The notes under the pieces were generated by a model that saw nothing but the letters and a program-made list of their open reading frames with translations, made no database searches and was not told where the DNA came from. A stretch of DNA of 50,704 nt from Nemertoderma westbladi (lineage: Eukaryota > Animalia > Xenacoelomorpha), in the NCBI GenBank assembly GCA_032718475.1, contig JAUCBJ010001905.1, forward strand, positions 1 to 50,704, read 5' to 3'. Positions 39,412-50,704 of the stretch are shown here, one piece after another. Position 1 is the stretch's first letter. Every line of letters begins with the position of its first letter. The position numbers were made by a program, and so were the translations under genes.

Positions 39412-42400
39412 ACACTACAGAGTTTACGGAGGTACACCATCAAACTACAGAGTTTACGGAGGGATAGGAGATACGCCATCAACACTACAGAGTTTACGGA
39501 GGTACGCCATCAACACTACAGAGTTTACGGAGGTACGCCATCAACACTACAGAGTTTACAGAGGTACGCCATCAACACTACAGAGTTTACGGAGGGATAC
39601 GAGGTACACCATTAAGACTACAGAGTTTACGGAGGGATAGGAGGTACACCATCAACACTACAGAGTTTACGGAGGTATGTCATTAACACTACAGAGTTTA
39701 CGGAGGGATAGGAGGTACGCCATCAACACTACAGAGTTTACGGAGGGATAGGAGGTACACCATCAACACTACAGAGTTTACTGAGGGATAGGAGGTACAC
39801 CATCAACACTACAGAGTTTACGGAGGGATAGGATGTACACCATCAAACTACAGAGTTTACGGAGGGATATGATATACGTCATCAACACTACAGAGTTTAC
39901 GGAGGTACGCCATCAACACTACAGAGTTTACGGAGGTACGCCATCAACACTACAGAGTTTACGGAGGTACGCCATCAACACTACAGAGTTTACGGAGGTA
40001 CGCCATCAACACTACAGAGTTTACGGAGGGATAGGAGGTACACCATCAACACTACAGAGTTTACGGAGGGATAGGAGGTACACCATCAAACTACAGAGTT
40101 TACGGAGGGATAGGAGATACGTCATCAACACTACAGAGTTTACGGAGGTACGCCATCAACACTACAGAGTTTACGGAGGTACGCCATCAACACTACAGAG
40201 TTTACGGAGGGATAGGAGGTACGCCATCAACACTACAGAGTTTACGGAGGGATACGAGGTACACCATTAACACTACAGAGTTTACGGAGGGATAGGAGGT
40301 ACACCATCAACACTACAGAGTTTACGGAGGGATAGGAGGTACACCATCAACACTACAGAGTTTACGGAGGGATAGGAGGTACACCATCAACACTACAGAG
40401 TTTACGGAGGGATAGGAGGTACACCATCAAACTACAGAGTTTACGGAGGGATAGGAGATACGTCATCAACACTACAGAGTTTACGGAGGGATAGGAGGTA
40501 CACCATCAACACTACAGAGTTTATGGAGGGATAGGAGGTACCCCATCAACACTACAGAGTTTACGGAGGGATATGAGGTACACCATCAACACTAGAGTTT
40601 ACGGAGGGATAGGAGGTACGCCATCAACACTACAGAGTTTACGGAGGGATAGGAGGTACACCATCAACACTACAGAGTTTACGGAGGTACGCCATCAACA
40701 CTACAGAGTTTACGGAGGTACACCATTAACACTACAGCGTTTACTGAGGGATAGGAGATATGTCATCAACACAGTAAAGTCACCAGCAAGTAGACTCTAC
40801 ATTAATGAGCAGTTTCGCAAGCTGAGCTTCCAATCAGCACGATCTGCTGGAGATGAATAATGTTTAATGTAACCAAAATGTAGATATTTTTATTTTATAT
40901 AATAGCGGCCAACACATAAAGTTAATATTAATATTACTCAACACTAACCGACTCAACATTACCGAGTTTACAGAGGGATAGGAGGTACACCATTAACACT
41001 ACAGAGTTTACGGAGGTACGCCATCAACACTACAGAGTTTACGGAGGTACGCCATCAACACTACAGAGTTTACGGCAGTACGCCATCAACACTACAGAGT
41101 TTACGGAGGGATAGGAGGTACACCATCAACACTACAGAGTTTACTGAGGGATAGGAGGTACACCATCAACACTACAGAGTTTACGGAGGGATAGGAGGTA
41201 CACCATCAACACTACAGAGTTTACTGAGGGATAGGAGGTACACCATCAACACACTAGAGTTTACGGAGGTACGCCATCAACACTACAGAGTTTATGGAGG
41301 GATAGGAGGTACACCATCAACACTACATAGTTTACGGAGGGATAGGAGGTACACCATCAACACTACAGAGTTTACAGAGGTACGCCATCAACACTACAGA
41401 GTTTACGGAGGGATAGGAGGTATTCCATCAACACTACATAGTTTACGGAGGTACGCCATCAACACTACAGAGTTTATGGAGGTACACCATCAACACTACA
41501 GAGTTTACGGAGGGATATGAGGTACACCGTCAACACTACAGAGTTAACGGAGGGATAGGAGGTACACCATCAACACTACAGAGTTTACGGAGGTATAGGA
41601 GGTACACCATCAACACTACAGAGTTTACGGAGGGATAGGAGGTACGCCATCAACATTACAAAGTTTACAGAGGGATAGGAGGTACACCATCAACACTACA
41701 GAGTCTACGGAGGGATAGGAAGTACACCATCAACACTACAGAGTTTACGGAGGTACACCATCAAACTACAGAGTTTACGGAGGGATAGGAGATACGCCAT
41801 CAACACTACAGAGTTTACGGAGGTATGCCATCAACACTACAGAGTTTACGGAGGTACGCCATCAACACTACAGAGTTTACAGAGGTACGCCATCAACACT
41901 ACAGAGTTTACGGAGGGATACGAGGTACACCATTAACACTACAGAGTTTACGGAGGGATAGGAGGTACACCATCAACACTACAGAGTTTACGGAGGTATG
42001 TCATTAACACTACAGAGTTTACGGAGGGATAGGAGGTACGCCATCAACACTACAGAGTTTACGGAGGGATAGGAGGTACACCATCAACACTACAGAGTTT
42101 ACTGAGGGATAGGAGGTACACCATCAACACTACAGAGTTTACGGAGGGATAGGATGTACACCATCAAACTACAGAGTTTACGGAGGGATATGATATACGT
42201 CATCAACACTACAGAGTTTACGGAGGTACGCCATCAACACTACAGAGTTTACGGAGGTACGCCATCAACACTACAGAGTTTACGGAGGGATAGGAGGTAC
42301 GCCATCAACACTAAAGAGTTTACGGAGGGATAGGAGGTACACCATCAACACTACAGAGTTTACGGAGGGATAGGAGGTACACCATCAAACTACAGAGTTT

Positions 42401-43226
42401 ACGGAGGGATAGGAGATACGTCATCAACACTACAGAGTTTACGGAGGTACGCCATCAACACTACAGAGTTTACGGAGGTACGCCATCAACACTACAGAGT
42501 TTACGGAGGGATAGGAGGTACGCCATCAACACTACAGAGTTTACGGAGGGATACGAGGTACACCATTAACACTACAGAGTTTACGGAGGGATAGGAGGTA
42601 CACCATCAACACTACAGAGTTTACGGAGGGATAGGAGGTACACCATCAACACTACAGAGTTTACGGAGGGATAGGAGGTACACCATCAACACTACAGAGT
42701 TTACGGAGGGATAGGAGGTACACCATCAACACTACAGAGTTTACGGAGGTACGTCCTTCAACACTACAGAGTTTACGGAGGTACGCCCATCAACACTACA
42801 GAGTTTACGGAGGTACGCCCATTAACACTACAGCGTTTACTGAGGGATAGGAGGTACGCCATCAACACTACAGAGTTTACGGAGGGATAGGAGGTACACC
42901 ATCAACACTACAGAGTTTACGGAGGTACGCCCTTCAACACTACAGAGTTTACGGAGGTACGCCATCAACACTACAGAGTTTACTGAGGTACGCCATTAAC
43001 ACTACAGCGTTTACTGAGGGATAGGAGATACGTCATCAACACATGGTCTATAGTAAAGTCACCAGCAAGTAGACTCTACATTAATGAGCAGTTTCGCAAG
43101 CTGAGCTTCCAATCAGCACGATCTGCTGGAGATGAATAATGTTTAATGTAACCAAAATGTAGATATTTTTATTTTATATAATAGCGGCCAACACATAAAG
43201 TTGATATTAATATTACTCAACACTAA
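38583..43226. repeat. Tandem duplication (~2.3 kb x2) spanning the satellite's right border
   Basis: 38583-40947 matches 40953-43226, including ~175 bp of non-satellite flank (AGTAAAGTCACCAGCAAG...TACTCAACACTAA) at 40773-40947 and 43052-43226. Confidence 0.92.
39359..39417 (+). mobile_element. Poly(A)-only insertion with 10-bp target-site duplication
   Basis: 41-A run (39368-39408) flanked by ATCAACACTA at 39359-39368 and 39408-39417; the paralogous site near 41729-41738 has a single ATCAACACTA and no A run. Confidence 0.8.
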
Positions 43227-44467
43227 ATACCTATAAATAATGGTAACCATATGAAGATGAACACACAACAGTTCTGTGTGACTACTATAATGATGACGTA
43301 ATAGCAAGCCAATCACAACGCAGTTATACAGATGTTGTGCTAAAGAACTAAATACTATTTAATGAAAATACAGTGTTATTAGCGCAAAAATAAGAAAAAT
43401 TGCCTGCATACGAAATTAATGGTACAGCGATAGAAGGGGTAAACTTGAAAAATACAAAATCCAAACTGTAACACAATTTATGTAACCAATTAAACAGAAC
43501 AATTTAAGTTAATAATCTGTAAGAAATGTTTCCAGAAACACAATATTCTAACAGTGCAAATATGGCTAATTAGTAATGGTAACTTCGTATATCACAGCTT
43601 CGAAACCTAACCAAATAATATAATGTAAGAAAAAAGGAAATTAATAATTTATAAGCTAAGCTACATTATTATTAAATAGTGAGAATAAAATTGCGGAACA
43701 ACTAAGAATGACAGACAATCGTCGCTTTTTATTCTCAATAATTCGATATATTGACTTACAGTAACTCAGTATACTGAGTTATTTATGTCAATTTATTGAC
43801 GTTTAGTTATTAATTTAATAACTATTTATAAATAATTATTAAACAGTAACTTATGTAATTATTTACTTAGCGAGAATAAAAAACGAGATGAGGTTCTGTT
43901 CAATAAAGACTTTATTCGAATATTAAAGAAAAACTTACAAAAATTGATATTAACAAGGAAGTAATACTACATTATATTAAAATTAACAATCTAAAAGAAA
44001 AACATGGAGATTCAAAAACTTGGATACAAAACTGACTTTCTAGTTTCTGTCAACATTTCTCAAAGTTAACTTAAATAGTAATAAGTAAATAATACGGGAA
44101 CGGGAATTAAAGAACACTTTAATAAAAATTATTACCGAACACAATAATTATAAATAAATATTATAATTTTCTATATTGTATTCCATATTTACCACGACTT
44201 CGTTTTATTGGAAAGCTGTCAACTGCGGAGGTGACTATAGACAAGATGACATCACCGCTTCGAGGTTATTTACTAAATAACTCACTACGAAAGGTCTGGG
44301 TTACTGCTTTTCGCTAAAAAGTTCATGTTATTATATATCGCCTGGCGTATCAGTGTTTACATTTTACAATATAAAACAATCTGATGATAATAAAATGTAA
44401 CCATCTGCCAAACCAGTCTGAAGTCTGGTATGAGGTTCACTTTATCGTGTCATTATTTGTAGAGACC

Positions 44468-44487
44468 GGGGGGGGGGGGGGGGGGGG
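44468..44487. repeat. Poly(G) tract (20 nt)
   Basis: Direct read. Confidence 0.95.
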
Positions 44488-44869
44488 ACTCGACGCAAAT
44501 CCCACCTTGGCGAATTAATATCCCGCCTCAATGTTAATTCTCAATTTAGGGAAAGGAGCAGGTTACAGTGGCACGTTATTTTAACCAAAACAATAAACTA
44601 AGCACAATAGAACAGGTTACAGTTTTATTTTTGAGAGTAATCAACTGTTATTTGCGTCCAATTTCCCCTACAGAGGGATGCATTTTAATTGCGTCCAGTT
44701 TCCCCCCCTATCTGTATTTGTAAGGCAAAGGTTATGGCAATCTTAGCGCCACCTAGTGGAAACGTATCGGTGAGTAACACAACAGATAAAACAGTGTCTG
44801 AAAATATTCTAGAAACCCTATTTACAATGGTTACCTATTTGGTCTAGTTATTTATGTTATTTATTTAAT

Positions 44870-45050
44870 GCGGTGTAGCTCTGTTGGTTGAGCGCCGAAC
44901 CTGCAATCTATTGGTTGTAGGTTCAGCCCCGCCAGGGAGCAAATCTTAAGATAGGAGTAGCGCCCACCCCTACCTTCGGGTAGCAGGTAGCAGCTATCGA
45001 AAGAGGAGCCTTCGTGACGCCTCGGCCGACTGTTTGCTTGCTTTGCGAGA
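44870..45050 (+). mobile_element. tRNA-derived SINE-like element
   Basis: A box TAGCTCTGTTGG (44876-44887), D-stem GCTC/GAGC, anticodon-like loop CTGCAAT, B-box-like GGTTCAGCCCC (44920-44930), no pairing acceptor stem, GC-rich body and GTTTGCTTGCTTT end. Possible TSD TATTTATGT at 44849 and 45051. Confidence 0.7.
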
Positions 45051-46226
45051 TATTTATGTCTACCATCCTAGTTATGCCTTTAGTTCACATCGAATAATGG
45101 GTAACTAATGCGAAAGCGTAACGCCTCCAAGCGGCAGGATATTTACAGATTAAACTGAACTTCAGATTATTACCGGTACATATTCAGTTAAAGATACTTC
45201 AGTAAGTTTTTAGTCTAATACTTTCGTTTAAGCACAGGTGGATTATGTCTATAGAAATGGGGGCAAGTAAACCCAACAAGATGATGTACATACAGACAGA
45301 CAGACAAACGTGTCATATCCGACGTCTGTTCAATGTCTTGAATCCGCACCATTTATTTCGGATTCAAATTCTAAGCAGAACTTATAGTAAAATATTATAG
45401 AGGGCCCCCATTTCAGCGACGTCAATTTCTAAGATTCTAATGCACCAAAATCATGTGTAACATGTTACATAATAATACAGAATAATATAGCGGAAACTCA
45501 TCTAACTGTCAGTATACGATAAGTAAAAATAACTACAAATTCAATTCACCAAAAATTCCTTTATTGAAAATATTCACTAAAATATTACTAATTTCAGATC
45601 TAATCAGATTTCACTTTTGCTAGAATCAAACTATCGTATTCCTTAAAAGTAATGACTCGATTGTCTCACAAACCCTTCAAAAACAACCCTGTAAAGTCTA
45701 TAATACATAAACACGCGCAATCTGACACTGATCTTGATCATATGAAAAACAAATAAAAAAAACAAATCATTATGATTTCAATATAGTAATAGTAATGGTG
45801 AAAGAATAATACGAGGAACGGTTGCGCCATTTCTTGATCTTAAATAAACAATAAAATTGTAAAAATTATAAGTGAGATTACAAGACGAATTATTAACAAA
45901 CGCAATGGGAAGAAGACAAGACCTTCCGAAAACACTAAATATCCCATGAGTTATTGGATACACGGTCTAGTGTTTAATGGATGAATACAATATAACCTTT
46001 ATTGGGAAAACCTTATTATTGTTATTATAATATTATATTTTATTGTCATATTGTACGTTCACGAATCATGTTATGTACACTCTAACACTCTGTAACACTC
46101 TATAACACTAATAGAAAATATGATGTATCAATGTGGAAGGAAGGCCGCCCCAGTCCATGTACAACGGGCCAAAATTCATTTCAACATAATATTTATTGTT
46201 TTATGTAAATCACGTGCGTTTAAAAT

Positions 46227-46507
46227 GTTGTAAATACATGCGCTTTCATACAAATGTACAGTGTACACGCGAGATTCGTTGTAAATACCGGCGCTTTCAT
46301 ACAAATGTACAGTGTACACGCGAGATTCGTTGTAAATACCGGCGCTTTCATACAAATGTACAGTGTACACGCGAGATTCGTTGTAAATACCGGCGCTTTC
46401 ATACAAATGTACAGTGTACATACAAATGTACAGCTCACACGCGAGATTCGTTGTAAATACCGGCGCTTTCATACAAATGTACAGTGTACATACAAATGTA
46501 CATACAA
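46227..46507. repeat. 51-bp minisatellite, ~5 copies
   Basis: Unit GCGCTTTCATACAAATGTACAGTGTACACGCGAGATTCGTTGTAAATACCG at 46240, 46291, 46342; internal 20-bp duplication in the last units. Confidence 0.95.
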
Positions 46508-47150
46508 TTTATTCTAAATATAGATATTCTAAATATTAGAAGGGCACAGGAGCTTTTTGTAGGCGAATGATAAAAGTGTAAAAAATAGGAAATTAATAAT
46601 CAGAACCGAAAACATAATGATTCCCTGTTGATTAATTATTTTTACAAATTCACCCATGATACATTAAATTTTGACATGAAAATGGCGCAATATACACAAG
46701 GACTCAGAAAACAAGATTATGGAATAGACCATTTAAATATTAAAGTTAGGCCATATAGAGAAACAATTAGTACCACTAATAGATTAATAAGAACGAGCTG
46801 TACAAAATAACGTGAAGCTAACCAAATCTGCTAGCAAAATAATTAAAAAGTACCACACTATTAATTATAACTAATATAATATGGTAAAATAACTTTACAG
46901 AGTGGCTGGGATGACAAAGCAACGGAAACATTATAGCTACGGCGCGGATCACACATACTGCCACTAACTGTTTAAAAAATACTTCCGTGAGAAACACATC
47001 GCCTAAATATATCACAGAATACTAATGTTCAATTGGTCCACTTTCCAGGAAAGGCGGACAGATGTGTGTAGAGGCAACGCCAGATGGTTGCGTCTCTTTT
47101 TGCAGGCAGCGGGTTTAGTGTGGGACTATGAGGCTCGAGTTCTGATTGGC

Positions 47151-47297
47151 TCAGAGAAGTTCGTATTGTCGCAGATGCATTCGCTGGATAATGTCCCTGC
47201 AGTCCTGGAACACTCGACGGATGTTTTCCGTGTCTACCGCGCAGGTAAAGTGGGGATAGCAGTAGTGTCGTCCCTCGCCTGTCGCTGTACTCATTTT
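47151..47297 (-). CDS. GNAS: Terminal coding exon of G-protein alpha-s subunit (G(s)alpha); partial gene
   Basis: After acceptor ...tttacttcgttacag| the phase-0 exon translates to [48 protein letters not shown], with the G5 TCAVDT box and the diagnostic Gs C-terminus RQYELL. The boundary matches that of human GNAS exon 13 ([17 protein letters not shown]...). Absent from the ORF track. Confidence 0.97.
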   Translation of the reverse strand, partial: KMSTATGEGRHYCYPHFTCAVDTENIRRVFQDCRDIIQRMHLRQYELL

Positions 47298-47986
47298 CTG
47301 TAACGAAGTAAATATTATGAATAAAATAAATATTAGGTTATGAATGTTGCAGACTTTCAGTTTTTAATAAGCCAGGAAATTCAATACGATACCATAGTAA
47401 TCGTATTTGCCTTGCGAATTTGTTTCAATGGTATTTTGGATAAAAATTTTGTAACAAAGGGGACGACGAGTGTTGTGTACTAACTATATTCAATATAGTC
47501 TAGAACGACCGTGTTTAGTTAGTACATTGTACGACATAAAAAACGATGTGAACAGTACCCCTATTGGTAGGGGAATGTTGTGACAGATGATATCGGATTC
47601 AACTAACGGTATATTTGTCTCACCCCACAATACAGCAATATACATGGACCTCCCTCTCTCTATATTCTTTATCCTCAAGCCAGGTTCCAGGTAGCCCCCC
47701 CCCCAACTGCCTTTCTGATATTATTACTTTATAGGTCTATTATTATTAGGTACTTTATATTACTATTAGGTACTTACTTTGTACTTTATATTACTAGTAG
47801 GTACTCTATGTTATTACTTTATTATTTATTACGATAGCCGACCAAATATTCCCCACCCCAGAGTGAAAACACATTCACAGTTTCATCATTAATATCAATC
47901 AATCAATCAAATTATTGATTATTATTATTAATAAAAAAAGATATTGAAATTATTAATTAATAAATTGAATAAGTAGCAATCCCTAA

Positions 47987-48137
47987 GTGACCCCCTGTAG
48001 AGAAATATCTCAGTTTTTATGAGTCTCTACGGGCGCGGACTCAACGTGTGACCCCCTGTAGAGAAATATCTCAGTTTTTATGAGTCTCTCCTGGTTCGGA
48101 CTCAACGTGTGACCCCCTGTAGATAAATATCTCAGTT
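47987..48137. repeat. 61-bp tandem repeat, 2.5 copies, in presumed GNAS intron
   Basis: GTGACCCCCTGTAGAGAAATATCTCAGTT at 47987, 48048 and 48109. Confidence 0.9.
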
Positions 48138-49351
48138 CACAGTTTGACGTGATACGAAACGATATCATATTTCGGCCTGGTATACAATAATATTTGTTTA
48201 TTTTGTCCCCTTCCCGTTATTCGGAGGAATTTAATTTACTAATTTAGTTTGTGCGGCTGTATCGCCAGAATGCGAGTCGCGCCGTTTCTGCCTATCCGTT
48301 TCTTCCATAGATCGCTTTTGTACTCCATTAAGAAGGGTGTTTGCTAGGATACGGCAAGCAGCTATTGGTGGCAGCGGAGAGATACCGTAATAGACCGCAA
48401 TCATGTGCACTACTTGAGTTAGTTGTTTGTAACACCGTATAGTTCCATTAGGTAAAGCATCCACCCACGCAGCCGACACCATGGTCCATCATAAGAGGTG
48501 ATGAGGCATGAGGAGCAAGTTGTAATCCACCACGAGTTAGGGCTTGGGTAAATAAATATATTATCCTCCTCTAAAATATCACCTTTGATGTCTAACTCTG
48601 GGATTACCTTTACCAGGGCAGGAATCCGGCAACGTAAGTTGCTTCTTTGACAAAAGTGAAACCTGTATATTCGTCGTTATGGAATAAGAAAAGCAATAGG
48701 CTACTTGGAACTCCGATCGCTTCACAAAAATGTCAGTATCGCGACCGTATCCTGCGATTCCCTTTAGCCACGTAACAACGGGTTCAGTCAGCTGCAAAAA
48801 GACCCCAATTAAATCTCGCTCATTGAGCAACTGAAGTTGGCGTTCCTCAATGGGAGGGAGTTCTCGTGGAGTGGGGGGTCGCGGTGGAACACACGATAAG
48901 GGAAGTAGAATGGAGGTATTGTTTGTCGCAAGGAACCGCCAGGCAGCCAGGGACTTTCTTGTGCGGAATTCCCGCGGCTGCGCGGGACACTGGCCAAATG
49001 TCAGAATGTTGAATACAAATGCTGAAATGACGGCAATGCTTCCATAACTTAAACGGAGAGCCGTCATCTGCCTGCACTGCGTCGTGGTATCGCGGCGATC
49101 CACTGATCTCGTTCGGCACCGACAGGAGGAAGTTTCACTGCGCGAACGTTCAGTAAACTGCAGAACTGTCTATAACTGTCTAGCTGTCTGTTTGTAGGTT
49201 AAGTATACCAGTACTGCAGTATAGGCCTACTGGTATAATAAATCATTCTACGGTAGCAGTACAGCTTACAGCAGTACTGCAGTATGAAATGAATGGACTT
49301 CGCTAGCTAAGTCGGATCAGGCAGTATGCCAGTCCTGTAGTATAGCAGTCC

Positions 49352-49855
49352 TTGGTACGGGTGTATTTGTTTCAGTATTCTGGTACCGGTGTATTTGTTT
49401 CAGTATTCTGGTACCGGTGTATTTGTTTCAGTATTCTGGTACTGGTGTATTTGTTTCAGTATTCTGATAACGGTATATTTGTTTCTGTATGTTGGTACGG
49501 GTGTATTTGTTTCAGTATTCTGGTACCGGTGTATTTGTTTCAGTATTCTGGTACAGGTGTATTTGTTGCAGTATTCTGATAGCGGTACGTATTTGTTTCA
49601 GTATTCTGATACCGGTGTATTTGTTATAGTATTCTGGTACCGGTGTATTTGTTTCAATATTCTGGTACTGGTGTATTTGTTGCAGTATTCTGATAACGGT
49701 ACGTATTTGTTTTAGTATTCTCATACCTGTGTATTTGTTATAGTATTCTGGTACCGGTGTATTTGTTTTAATATTCTGGTACTGTGTATTTGTTTTAATA
49801 TTCTGGTACTGTGTATTTGTTACAGTATTCTGGTAACGCTACGTATTTGTTTCAG
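49352..49855. repeat. 28-bp minisatellite, ~18 copies, in presumed GNAS intron
   Basis: Unit CTGGTACCGGTGTATTTGTTTCAGTATT with 26-29-bp variants. Confidence 0.95.
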
Positions 49856-49889
49856 CGCGCGTACTGCCACTAGTATGTCTCTGTTAGTT

Positions 49890-50145
49890 GAAACAAAATT
49901 GGAACATAATTTAAACATATTAGGAGCCACGTAATGGTGTCCTACCTGCAATGCTATGTATGCCAGTGAAACAAATTTGAAACAAATTAGGAGGGCCGTA
50001 ATGATAGTCTACCGGAGAAATTGAACAATGATGGGCTACGGAGCTCAAAAAAATGGAACAATGTTAAGTATGCCAGTGAAACAAATTAGGAGAGCCGTAA
50101 TGATAGCCTACCGGAATAATTGGAACAATGATGGGCTACGGAGCT
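49890..50145. repeat. Degenerate ~80-110-bp direct repeats
   Basis: TATGCCAGTGAAACAAATT...GCCGTAATGATAG.CTACCGGA...GAACAATGATGGGCTACGGAGCT at ~49960-50045 and ~50069-50145, with a more decayed copy before. Confidence 0.75.
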
Positions 50146-50704
50146 GCCTGGGTTTTTTGGCTGAACCAGTGGTGGCACGTATGAGGGGGTAAGAAAAGGG
50201 GGAAGGATCTAAAAATAGCACCCAATAGGAAGCTTCTAGCTTCTCGCATTGCTACGGCTACCGGTATCTTGCTTGGCCTCTAGGCTGGTATAATCCTTAT
50301 TTGCGAATAAAGGTAATGTTTTAAAGAACTGGTGTGTAAAACGCGTTTTTGTGCAGTGATGTTTACGATATTATAATTAAACTAACTGCACTAACTATCT
50401 CACATTTATTTAATAATATGTGGTAAAAAAAAGCAACCAACCTATTAATTACAATAATTTACAATAGTTATCGAATGTTCTAGGATGTAAATACTTGCAT
50501 TATTTTATAGGAAATGATTATCAAAAAACGGTTCTTGTAAAAAAAGTTTTGGCAAAAACTGTCCCGCTTTCCGTTTTTGCAAATTTCTGGTACGGCATGA
50601 TTGCTCCGAGTATGTTTGCCGTGCAGTCTGAATAGGGTAGAAAAAGTAGGGGTGGGTGTGTTTGTTACGTTCGGGCGGTCGGTGCGGGTAAATAGTGTGC
50701 GGGA

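Larger units (their letters stand above)
9556..43042. repeat. ~33.5-kb satellite array of a 40-bp unit with 31/38/39-bp variants and higher-order repeats
   Basis: Consensus CACCATCAACACTACAGAGTTTACGGAGGGATAGGAGGTA, head-to-tail in one orientation, on the order of 800 monomers. Interrupted at 21651, 25315, 29745, 31983, 39368 and ~40772. Confidence 0.99.

Noticed and set aside
9556-43042. CRISPR array, or a repetitive protein gene (ORFs such as RRDRRYTINTTEF.../MIGEINIMIMIM...)
   Set aside because: No unique spacers and no cas genes in a eukaryotic context. The unit length is not a multiple of 3, a TAG recurs in each monomer, and 31/38/39-bp variants ignore frame.
44870-44940. Functional tRNA-Cys(GCA) gene
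   Set aside because: The acceptor stem does not pair, the T-loop is degenerate, the anticodon stem is irregular, and the sequence continues into a SINE-like body.
46176-46517. Four overlapping 17-aa-repeat ORFs
   Set aside because: Product of the 51-bp minisatellite.
47025-47303. 92-aa plus-strand ORF
   Set aside because: Antisense shadow of the GNAS terminal exon.

Overview
This is AT-rich eukaryotic (metazoan, probably invertebrate) genomic DNA, not prokaryotic. The only host-gene coding sequence I can support is the terminal exon of a G-protein alpha-s (GNAS-like) gene on the minus strand at 47151-47297; its upstream exons appear to lie beyond the window. About two thirds of the window (~9556-43042) is a ~33.5 kb satellite of a 40-bp unit with 31/38/39-bp variants and nested higher-order duplications. 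The array carries four near-identical copies of a 580-bp LINE-3'-end-like insert whose empty target site survives in the same array, a poly(A)-only insertion with a 10-bp TSD, and a duplicated array border with a templated-filler junction. The rest holds a 5'-truncated RTE-clade LINE broken by a 40-bp microsatellite expansion, a tRNA-headed SINE-like element, a ~480-bp foldback element and several minisatellites (21, 28, 51, 55, 61 bp). Almost all listed ORFs are repeat artefacts. I found no CRISPR or other defence-type system; the most notable biology is the record of retro-insertion and satellite evolution.
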